Assembly: GCA_012026655.1 (NCBI GenBank)
Contig: JAAILG010000140.1
Span: 1 to 64,000 of the forward strand
Reading direction: 5' to 3'
Length of the DNA: 64,000 nucleotides
Source: Hydrolagus affinis
Lineage: Eukaryota
Position 1 is the first letter of the stretch. Each line of letters opens with the position of its first letter. Both the position numbers and the translations under genes were made by a program. Below the pieces are notes generated by a model. The model ran no database searches. It was not told the origin of the DNA and saw nothing but the letters and a program-made list of their open reading frames with translations. Shown here in pieces: positions 12,501-21,464 of this stretch.

Positions 12501-15468
12501 CCAGTTATCAAGTAACTGAATATGCATCTAACATAGGGAACATTATCGTAGAAAATGTGGACACTGATGGTAAATTTGTCAAGTTAAAGAATGCTTCCAA
12601 AGAGGTAAACGCTGATTTTATTTATAAACAATTGATTTAGATCTGTGTATGTAAGATTTCTCTAGTATTTATTCCTTTACACATCCTAAATATAATTTTT
12701 AATCACCTGAGTGAAATGGCTTCCTTGTCCAGCACCTTGGAACATCCTCCCAACATGAAAGGCGCTCTATAAATGTAATTTTGTTATTGTTTACAAGGAC
12801 GCTCTCAGATATCTTGATATCTGATATTTGATATCTTCCATTTCTGTTGTCAAACTGAGAGGTGTTGTATTGGCATGGTGTAAGCCAAATATTAATAATG
12901 CTTTGATATAAGCATCATATGACATCAATAAATGACATGTTGCATGTCTACAATCAAAGATGTTCGCCCCCAAATATTGAAAATAATTTAATATATTCAC
13001 AGGATCAACTATTACATGGATGGATTCTGAGAAGCGAAAGCAAGGATCACGGAGACATTGCATACCAGTTCCCTCCGTGTTTCAATCTTAAAGCTGGAGA
13101 AAATGTCATTGTAAGTATTTATCTGAAACTGTTCTATGTAAACAGTCCACTTACAAACGACTGAATTATTTTGGTCTCTATTGCAAGTGTATTTGATTGA
13201 CATTTTGCGGAAAATAAAATCCAAGACCCGATAGTTAATGAAGATTCCCCCCTCCGTTGCATAGCACTAATTAATCTTCAATAAATCTAATTTGCAGAAA
13301 TGTGTCACGTATATTTAGGGTTTATTCAAGGGCAGTTTCCACATCAGCAATGCTTCCTGACTATGATACATGCACACATTAAAAAGTGGTCATCTAATTT
13401 ATTATGCTACTCAATATAAATGATTAAATCTCACAGATAGTGTGTATTAGACATGATTTTTTTTTAAAAACTATACAAAGGAGAAATTTGTCATTGTGCA
13501 TGTAAACAGCACTGTAACTGTTAAGTGCAGGGAATTTTGACACCATGTTATTTTACTAATGTCCTTTTGTTTGATCAGATCTGGGCTGGAGGTGCTGATA
13601 TTCCCCAAAGTTCTACAATTAATTTGTTGTGGAAGAGTCAGCACTCCTGGGTAACAGGAAATAATGTTAACATTGTTCTTACTAACAACATTGGAGAGGT
13701 GAGTATTTAAAATTTAGTGCAATGTATAAATTCTCACAAAGCAATAATTCTTGATTTTGATAAAAAAGAGCGTTTGATTTAAGGGAGTCACTTGAAAGTG
13801 CTTCACAAGAAATATTGTAAAGAGTAATAACGGTTTATTTTGTGTGCATCAGTGCTCCACAAACAGCCATGACATGAATGACCAATTGTATCTGTTGCCC
13901 AAAATACTGGGAGAAACTATCCAAACTATCCTTTTTGAATAGGGCCATGGCATTATTATTAGATGCATCTGATTTTCTTTGTACATATAAAGATCAGTCT
14001 AGACACCTAGTGGCTGCTACATGTAAAGATTCACCACATATTTTGAATATTTTCAATCAAAATCCTAATATGGCCTCCTTGATTTGTTATATTACATATT
14101 TTGAAGTGTCTGCAAAGCCTTTGAAATTAGAATTTTACAAAATTCTTCCCCCAAAACAGCATTTTGAGAATTTATCCTGCAGTTACCTTATTGTTTCATC
14201 TTAATCTCTTTCTGTGCTGCAATTAAATTAAATTAAATTAACAGCAAATAACTTGGTCGAAGTGATCACAGCTGCTTAATTTTGCCAAAATGTATTAAGC
14301 CTGCTTACATGGTAATAAATAGAAATTAATTGATCTGTACTAACATATCCATTTCGATTTTAAGTGGCTTGAATTACAGTACCTTGAGTCTCCTGAATCC
14401 TTTTGGATTCCTTCAGTTACTTTGGATATTATAGTGTTATAGAGTTATAGACCTTCATGCCTTTTTGGGTGGAAAACTTTTGTTGTATATGCATTTGATG
14501 TTGCGTTCACAGGAGGTAGCTACGCGGAAAATCATGAAAACTCCAGCAGTTCTGAGCAGCAATTCTGGAGAAGACACAGATCTAATTGATTTAAGATACA
14601 AGGTATAAACGCGCTGGCCTTTTACACTATATAAATTGTTTGGCTCCATGCTCACTCTCAATGTGATGGAGTCCCATCAGGGGAGTGGAGTCCCCTAACC
14701 AGTGAGTTACAGATCCCATGATTTCACAACAAAGGGATATACTAAATACAGTGGTCACTCATGACTTACCATCATCAACCAATCCTAACATGGTAAAAGG
14801 TTCGTAAGTACAGTAGTACCTTTTACCTTCCACCTCTTTGGTAATTTTTTTAAAAAGCGTTGGTGACGATAACTAATTTAATAAAAATCTTTCCCTCCTA
14901 TGAAAAGGATTGTCTCCTCGAGATTTAACATGGATTGGGAACGTTCCAGCTGTCTTGTAGACTTATTTCCTGTTATTTTTCTTAACATGTCAGGGAAGAA
15001 GAAAATAATATTTTGTTTCTTGATTTAGCATGAGGATCCAGCGCAACTAGGGTAAGGTTATGTACAGTAAAAGCTTGTTTATCTGGCACCTGATCAACCG
15101 TAACTTCCATCCAACCGGTATCACAAAAAAAGTCTGCATTCGATTAACTGGAATTTATCTGGAAAAATGCATAATTTTTTGAAGACGTTACATTTTGGGG
15201 CTTTCCTTTCTATTTGGAGATGGCCTTGGCATAAACTGCTCTTTGTGGGATGCAAACTAGGATTTGTTTATTAAATGTCCTTTTTAGAGACTATGATCTA
15301 TTTCTAAATGTAGTTGAATACAGTATTTCTATTTCTCCTTGCTCATCCACAAAACCTGCAGACTAATTTTTGTACTGGAGCAAAATTCTTTGTTCATTTT
15401 AACACCCTCAATATTATCTGTTCCAGAATCCACTGAGAAATGAAAATCCAAACTGCGTTATGATGTAA
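2450..15468 (+). CDS. lmnl3: Lamin LIII (germline/oocyte-type lamin), 11 coding exons, 581 aa
   Basis: join(2450-2823,4979-5135,5248-5373,5925-6095,10662-10787,11546-11766,12394-12604,13003-13110,13579-13698,14513-14602,15427-15468); all GT-AG and in frame (1746 nt). Motifs: [38 protein letters not shown] KKRK, Ig-fold, CaaX CVMM. LENAQMAAAKNSDFA matches the recalled LIII-type exon 5. Confidence 0.9.
3533..3570. repeat. (TG)n(TA)n compound microsatellite
   Basis: Directly visible. Confidence 0.95.
4979..5135 (+). CDS. lmnl3: Lamin LIII exon 2
   Basis: ttctctttcag|A AAT GCA...GAA AAA|gtaag; 157 nt, the usual lamin exon 2 size. Confidence 0.93.
5248..5373 (+). CDS. lmnl3: Lamin LIII exon 3
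   Basis: ILSVADCVKTQLHDELLQRCDLENRMQTLLERLEFQESLHQR; 126 nt; AG/GT flanks. Confidence 0.93.
5925..6095 (+). CDS. lmnl3: Lamin LIII exon 4
   Basis: EIGEAKRRHGTRLFDVE...ADALQQLRDDQEEQIKHYKEDLEKTFHAK; 171 nt; this frame is not in the ORF track. Confidence 0.93.
7195..7462 (-). mobile_element. tRNA-headed SINE, Deu-like core, L2-type (TTA)n tail
   Basis: Similar to the full copies at 25852, 46262 and 57355. Confidence 0.85.
8255..8510 (-). mobile_element. Old decayed Deu-type SINE
   Basis: TTTAATGTCTCATCTGAA and AATTTGCACACATGTCCC motifs shared with the copy at 41292. Confidence 0.5.
9135..9430 (-). mobile_element. tRNA-headed SINE
   Basis: Same family; B-box-like GTGTTCGAACCC and GCAATTGGCTGCCGC core. 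Confidence 0.88.
10662..10787 (+). CDS. lmnl3: Lamin LIII exon 5
   Basis: LENAQMAAAKNSDFANAAQEEVAAVKTRTESLESQVVQYKNR; 126 nt. Confidence 0.93.
11546..11766 (+). CDS. lmnl3: Lamin LIII exon 6 (end of rod, IF consensus)
   Basis: FSVLQNKVGELE...[32 protein letters not shown]; 221 nt; donor AG|GTGAG. Confidence 0.95.
12394..12604 (+). CDS. lmnl3: Lamin LIII exon 7 (NLS, start of Ig-fold)
   Basis: LNLTPSPS...SKKRKL...VENVDTDGKFVKLKNASKE. Confidence 0.92.
13003..13110 (+). CDS. lmnl3: Lamin LIII exon 8
   Basis: DQLLHGWILRSESKDHGDIAYQFPPCFNLKAGENVI; 108 nt; donor GTAAGT. Confidence 0.93.
13579..13698 (+). CDS. lmnl3: Lamin LIII exon 9
   Basis: IWAGGADIPQSSTINLLWKSQHSWVTGNNVNIVLTNNIGE; 120 nt; donor GTGAGT. 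Confidence 0.93.
14513..14602 (+). CDS. lmnl3: Lamin LIII exon 10
   Basis: ttcacag|EVATRKIMKTPAVLSSNSGEDTDLIDLRYK|gtataa; EVA is the conserved end of the Ig-fold. Confidence 0.85.
14994..15051 (+). other. lmnl3: Candidate alternative (LIIIb-type) penultimate exon, degenerated; encodes GRRK-stop
   Basis: Pyrimidine tract plus CAG acceptor (14993), strong GG|GTAAGG donor (15052); phase-0 reading G R R K * Y F V S *. Confidence 0.6.
15065..15165. mobile_element. Tigger/pogo-like terminal fragment
   Basis: TA followed by CAGTAAAAGCTTGTTTATCTGGCA, with internal CAACCG repeats; no partner TIR seen. Confidence 0.35.
15427..15468 (+). CDS. lmnl3: Lamin LIII terminal exon with CaaX box
   Basis: ttccag|NPLRNENPNCVMM*; AATAAA downstream at 15612 and 16030. 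Confidence 0.9.
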   Translation, partial: NPLRNENPNCVMM

Positions 15469-15611
15469 TGAACACAGCTAAAGATTGTGAGGCCTGGGGC
15501 TTTGAATAGTTGAATGTGTTTCTGATGTGAAGCTTTGTGCTGAATGTTATTCAATGCTACTCTGCTATTTCAACACAGCATTATCTGTTCGGACGAACTG
15601 AGTGTTTTCAG

Positions 15612-15617
15612 AATAAA
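15612..15617 (+). terminator. Candidate polyadenylation signal of lamin LIII
   Basis: First AATAAA after the stop; alternatives at 16030 and 17548. Confidence 0.45.
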
Positions 15618-17933
15618 ATAATCTGTTAATGGGAACTCCAGTAAATCAAGTAATCCTGTTGCCAAGTGTTTTCTATCGAGTGTTTACAGCAACCCTGATT
15701 TCCGATAATACATTCTGTGAAGGCACGATTTAAACATTAAATGTTTATTATATGGATAAGCAGTACAAATTGTTTTTAAACCTTTAACTGGTTCTTGTTT
15801 GTACTGTTCTTTAATGTGCTACTGTGACAAAGGGTTGGTTACAGTACAGCTTTAAACATGCTAAACAATAACTCTTAAGTTGTAACAGCAGGGAAGCCAG
15901 TTGTGTTGATGTGCGTTTGTGCCTAAATGTTCCTTCAATATGTTCTCGTTAAGGATTCCTTTGAACTGGTGTGGGTTTTGTGTAATGTAATCCTTTATTT
16001 ATTGCTACAGTCCAAATGCATCAATTCTGAATAAAATGCTTAATAACTTGATTTTTTTTTAGGTTGTCAGTGTTAAGTGTAGAACAGATTGCATTATGAA
16101 CTGTCATCTTTACTCTTAAATTGCTTTGCTTGTGCAATGCACGCATTTTTGCATTGAACTTGATTATTCTTGATGAATTCGAGGGAAACTAAGATCCTGT
16201 GAGTAGTGCAATAACTGAACTTTTCACAATATTTTGTTGGAATTTGTGACGTTTCTATTTTGATCTTAGTTATATATTTCAGATACAGTATTCAGTAGAG
16301 CATTAGCTTGTCTTTCTACCCTCAGCCCTAAATATACCAGCATTGATGAGGTATTATTGTAGTTAGATGGTCTGGCATTGACTTGAGTTATTATTCTGCT
16401 TTATGTTTCAATGATCAGATGGTATAAATGGAGATATTTTATAGTGCATCAATTAAACTATTTATGAGCAAATACTGAAGCAAAAATTGTTTAAGTGGAA
16501 ATATCTTTTGCTGTTGTATACTCTGCATATTTTTAATGTACTGTTTATAAAGCAGATGGTGGGGTCTTTAACAATACAAATGGAGTGTTTCTACAATACA
16601 CTGAATGGATATCACACACGATCATGTGTCACTCATTGAAACAGACCATAGAATTTAACCTCATCCATTGAGGGCAATGATTGAGAAGATGAGCTATCAT
16701 TTAAAGGAACCAATGACTGCATTAAACAGTATGGCGATCCTTAACATTGATCTGAGAAAAAGTTTATTGAATTTTAGTCAGTTACAAGCTGCTAGAACTG
16801 GGTTGCCTCTCCCCAAAGATAAACTGCAAAGTACAGATTTGTTTTTACTGGGGTTTCCTTTCCATTTTCTAAAAATCTCAACAAAAATCCTGATTTGTCA
16901 ATTGTGTAGCTGTCCTAATGGATTGACACAAGTTTCAACCCACGATTGATTAATTATATCGGACCATGGATTCAAAACTCTTGGCAACCTCCTGTTAAGG
17001 GACTGAACGCTTAGATACTGTGAGAGGCTGAATCTGTCCAATATTTTATAGTGAGTTTATTCGGCAACTTTTGCATTCCTTTAAAAAGGTCAATTGGAAA
17101 TGTAAGTGTTGAACTGCTTTAGTAAGAGAAAAGGCCCTACCCTCATTAAGGCTGTCACTGCAAACATTGTCAACCAGAGCTAGAAATTTGATTATTGGCT
17201 GTAATAGATCAAGTTATGCAATATTCTGGTATGCTAAAGTGATACTTCTGTATATTCAATTCCAACAAATGCTTTGGTAGAAGAAATATTTACAAAATCC
17301 ATTTTAATGTACAAGTTTGACCATAGCTCTTGCCAAAACTGAGAAATGATTCAGAGGAATGTTAGTTTGCCTCAATATTCCCCTTCAGTTTAAAAAGATT
17401 AACATGGGTTTCTTGAATTGCAAGATAGCATTAGTGTTGAAACACAAATAGATATTTTAAAAAATCATTCGTCACATTGCAGTTATGATTTATTTAACTG
17501 TATAATGCATATTTATTTTGTGTTTACGCTGTATACTGTGTGAATGAAATAAAGCAGCAATGTGTTTACTTTGCACACACAACAGTGAAATATCACTAGC
17601 CTTGAATTGCTGCATTCATAATAACTTTGTTCAGAATTTTATTGGTCACTTCAGAGTTATTAAACAGGATAATGGCTTAGTGATGGAGTCGTGTTCTGTT
17701 TAGTACACATTACAAATTTCCTATTATAGGTGTGCTTTAAATGTGTTGCCAAGCAGAGAATCTTTGCTAATATGTACAATTCTGTATAGTGGATGTGTTG
17801 GGTGGTAGAGTTGTTGTGCTGGTATGATTTAAATGTTTCTGTACCTCTAATAAAAATTCTATTTAACAATTCTATTCCATCTTTTTAAACTCATGTTACA
17901 AAAAAAAACACCCACACACGTACACATTTCATG

Positions 17934-17939
17934 TTTATT
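17934..17939 (-). terminator. Candidate polyadenylation signal of the MARCHF3-like gene
   Basis: AATAAA on minus, about 300 nt after the stop; alternatives at 17638 and 17512. Confidence 0.4.
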
Positions 17940-18237
17940 TCCATTTGGTTTAACATTATCTGCCTAAACACTTTTTTTTGGGGGGGAAACTTGTGATTTC
18001 TCCTTCATCTGCAATGATAATCCATCAGTTAAATGCATACTATTGGGTTAGTGCAACAACCAGTTGTGTGAATTTGTAAATATAGTGCAAAACAAAGTTG
18101 ATCTGCACGGTGCATCTGTTCTTGAATTGGCATTTTTTTTAAATAATAGATCCTCAATTTTTTTTCTCAACAATCCACAGGATTAGTTGCATTTTGGGGT
18201 TTGGTTCCCCTCAAGTGCTCAATTGTCCCTTAAACGG

Positions 18238-18399
18238 TCAGACAATGGTTTCTTTAGGCTGTAATTTACTTGATTTTTGTGCCAGTAGAGGATTGGGTTG
18301 GTTGCTAAGTAACACTTGTGGTCGAGGAATAAGTAGTCTAACGTTCTGATTGCTCCGCCTCCATTCTCTGAATAGTCGAATATGATAGCGAAAAGAAAC
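18238..18399 (-). CDS. MARCHF3: MARCHF3-like last coding exon
   Basis: cccacag|[26 protein letters not shown]...QPKETIV*. Confidence 0.92.
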   Translation of the reverse strand, partial: VSFRYHIRLFREWRRSNQNVRLLIPRPQVLLSNQPNPLLAQKSSKLQPKETIV

Positions 18400-21300
18400 C
18401 TGTGGGAAGAAAGGTACTGTAAGTTTTCAATCCATATTGGGCTTAGAAAATGTTCATTACACTGTACTGTCTTTTGACAGTTCATTTGTTAAGTCATTTC
18501 ATATTTGGATATTGACTTTTGTAAATACATTAACTAGCTGTACTGCTCTTATGAACAACCATGACATAACTCATAGAAGGGCACTTTGATATCAGTCTAC
18601 TCACAATGGTCCAGAAAAGGTAAATTGTGATCAGGGCAGATGTAAGAACGATAAGACCAACCGCTTCCATGCTGCTACTAAAGTAAAGATGGTCAACTGC
18701 TCCTTGGACGCACAGCCAGCCTGACAAACCGGCCAACGGGGTAATGAAGAGAAAACAGATGAAATCTCCGAACAGTGTCCTCCTCTCATGGTGCAATGCT
18801 GGGTCTCTCAGCCACTGGAAAAGTGAACACGATTTAATACCGCTTTTAAGTTGATTCCCAGTTAAAACATTTGCCATTGTGAAATTGGGCCTATTATATT
18901 ATGTTGGAAATATCACCATTATTGCCTGCCCATTGACCACTGTTGCACTTGTATGCTTGAAAATGTATTACAGTGGATTGTCATGAAGTCTTTGGGTGTG
19001 TTAATGGTGTGTTTATTTTATAGAGCCACTTGAAATAGAATTATAGGGCAGGCTCCATGGGACAGGCGTCAACAGAAAGACTGCTTATGCACTTCACAGA
19101 GCTACAGTAGTTTGCAAGGTTATTCTCTAGAAGCACCAGTATAAATTTCCAGTTGAGCCGAATGGCCTGCTGCTGTGATGTATCGCTCCATGCAAGTACC
19201 TTTGTACCTTCCAATACTGTTATCAAAGGCAGAGCCGCAATTGGCAACATCGCTGAAAGGAAAAACAAACCAATAAGAGCTGAATAGAATTCCTGTACAT
19301 GCCGCATGTTATTTGGCTGCCAACTGGCACAAATCCTTATACAGTAATTCCACTATTATGTAGGAATGTTCCTGGGCAAAACCTTTACTCATCGTAATGT
19401 AGCTCTAACCAAAAAGAACTGAATCTTATCACTTTCTCCTGCATAATTTACAAGATTTACTGAGTTCTGCACAAATGTTTTATTAATATGTATTCTGCAT
19501 CAATCGATAACACGATAGTATCTTAAGATAAACTAATTATTGCGATCACTTCATGAGTCATAAGGCTCTCAGCTGCCTGACGTATATTTTTCTCAGTTGT
19601 CATTTTCAAAATTCTAGTTGTTTATATCCACAAAATGAGTTGGGAGGTAAAATGCACTCTAGCCTACCTAATGTTGTACAATTCCAAATATTTTGCATTT
19701 CTATAATCATGCACTACTATCATTTGCCTTTGATTGTCAAATCTAATTTTTGCAGAGCACAAGTATTTACCCACTTTCTAGCTCTGCTGATGAGTTTGTA
19801 TCTGGTTTATGTGTTGTCAAGAAGCAGTCAGTGATAGCTCTATTGACATTGCTAGCACATTCACCCTGCCCTTCCAGCTGCCCCTGGTCTGATCATTCCA
19901 TCAACTTGGAAAGTAACTCTGGGAACTACATGACTGTCATTCTGATATCTGCAGTGGTTAAGCTATTAACAGGAAAAATTTCACAATAGTTTAATGAAAT
20001 GCAAAACGTTTTTATGGGTGGGTCAGTTTGCCTTGCAATTCTTTGGGAGAGTTTTATGACTTTTTAAAAAAAAAAAATAATGTGGCTTGGTGCATGGGAA
20101 GGGACACTTGGTCAATATTGCATAATTAGAGTTTTTAAGCAAGTTATTTGACCCAGTGTTACATGAGCAGGAAGAAAAAATTGAAAGGTTTAGAATGGTG
20201 AAGGGGTGCTTCTAAAGAACATTCAAACTGAGTTCAGAGGAATTGAAGGGGTAGTTGCTCTTGCTTCTTCAGAAGCCTGAATTGGATTACAAGGAAGTGA
20301 TAAATTGGGTGCTTGAACGGTGAGCTCATCTGGTGAATATCTGCGCCTTGGGACATCCTCCCGACGTGAAAGGGGCTCTATAAATGTAATTTTTTTTTGT
20401 TTTTGAATACTCAGAACTTAGGACACAATGAGGTTGATAAACATTGCAGTGCTTGGCGTTGGTAAGGAAAGCAAGCGCGTTTCTGGGATGCCTAGGCACA
20501 GAAGCAATGGTAGGCTTGTACGTTAAACGCTGCTCTGTGGCACTCTGCACGGTTCTAATATTAGTATTCGTGGCCCTTCCATTTGTTTTGCCTTTTGCTT
20601 TGTCCACACTTTTACCTCATTCAGGGGTCTTGCCATGCGTTCCAAAGCAAATTCGAATTGGCAGAGTTCACAACGGCTGGTATTTGAAGCAGCCAACCAC
20701 TGCTCCAAGCAACTGCGATGGACAGTCCCCAGAGTTCCAGAACACTTGCATGGAGAAAAGAGGTCCTCATCCTCATTGGCAAATTCATGGCAAATTCTGC
20801 AGATTTGAACGTCACTGGACAAACTAGAAAAGAGAAATTCACAGTCATCCTAGAATATCTTTTTCAAAATAGCTGTTGTTCAATATCATAGTGCTATAAA
20901 TTCGGTCTGATCACATTTACTGCTGATCTGACAAGGTGAACAAATGATGCACGATGGCTCATTGTGAGATATAGTGCCAGTGGATCGTTAAATTGATAAA
21001 TTAACTATTGTGAACCAGACTACAATAATTCTTCACTAACTCCTGTTTACACAACACAGATTACTGAGGCTTTAAATTAGTTATTTAGTTTAATTATCTG
21101 AGGCCTTAATTAGATTTACAAGGTTGCTATTAAATCTCTGTTCTTGGGCATTGCTACTACCCTTCCTAATGTATATTGGCTTAATGGCATTGAGTTAGTG
21201 CAGTTTGAAATTGGGTTGCAAATACACCATTGTGTTTTCTGCACATTAACATTGGATAAGTATGAGTGTTCATACTTGCCTCGAAGAGCTATTGATCCTG

Positions 21301-21464
21301 ATCACTGCTGATGGTAGATGTCCATCATTGCTTGAAACCTCCATCACATACTGTGGCTCCTGCACATTATCTGACAACAGGTTTATGGATTTAGTGTGTG
21401 ATGGTTCCTGAGGTGCATCCTCCAGCACCTGTCGTTCTGATGCTGGCAAGTTCTCCATTGTCAT
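18238..21464 (-). CDS. MARCHF3: E3 ubiquitin-protein ligase, MARCHF2/3 family (MARCHF3-like), 254 aa
   Basis: complement join(21464-21280,20823-20616,18814-18605,18399-18238) = 765 nt. [37 protein letters not shown], two TM helices, PDZ-binding ETIV. Closest named member is MARCHF3; strict orthology is doubtful (see findings). Confidence 0.88.
18605..18814 (-). CDS. MARCHF3: MARCHF3-like transmembrane exon
   Basis: [35 protein letters not shown]...[21 protein letters not shown]|gtgagt; 210 nt. Confidence 0.95.
20616..20823 (-). CDS. MARCHF3: MARCHF3-like RING-CH exon
   Basis: Complete C4HC3 RING-CH; 208 nt; phase-2 acceptor tttctag. Confidence 0.95.
21280..21464 (-). CDS. MARCHF3: MARCHF3-like first coding exon
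   Basis: Kozak GCGACCATGA; [15 protein letters not shown] resembles MARCHF3 PQYVMQVSAKDGQL; GC donor AG|GCAAGT; exon acceptor near 21555. Confidence 0.85.

Noticed and set aside
16063-16120. Strong-looking acceptor (ttttttttttag) after the lamin stop as another CaaX exon
   Set aside because: Phase-0 reading ends ...NCHLYS* with Cys at -5, which is not CaaX; it lies just after an AATAAA and looks like a downstream U-rich element.
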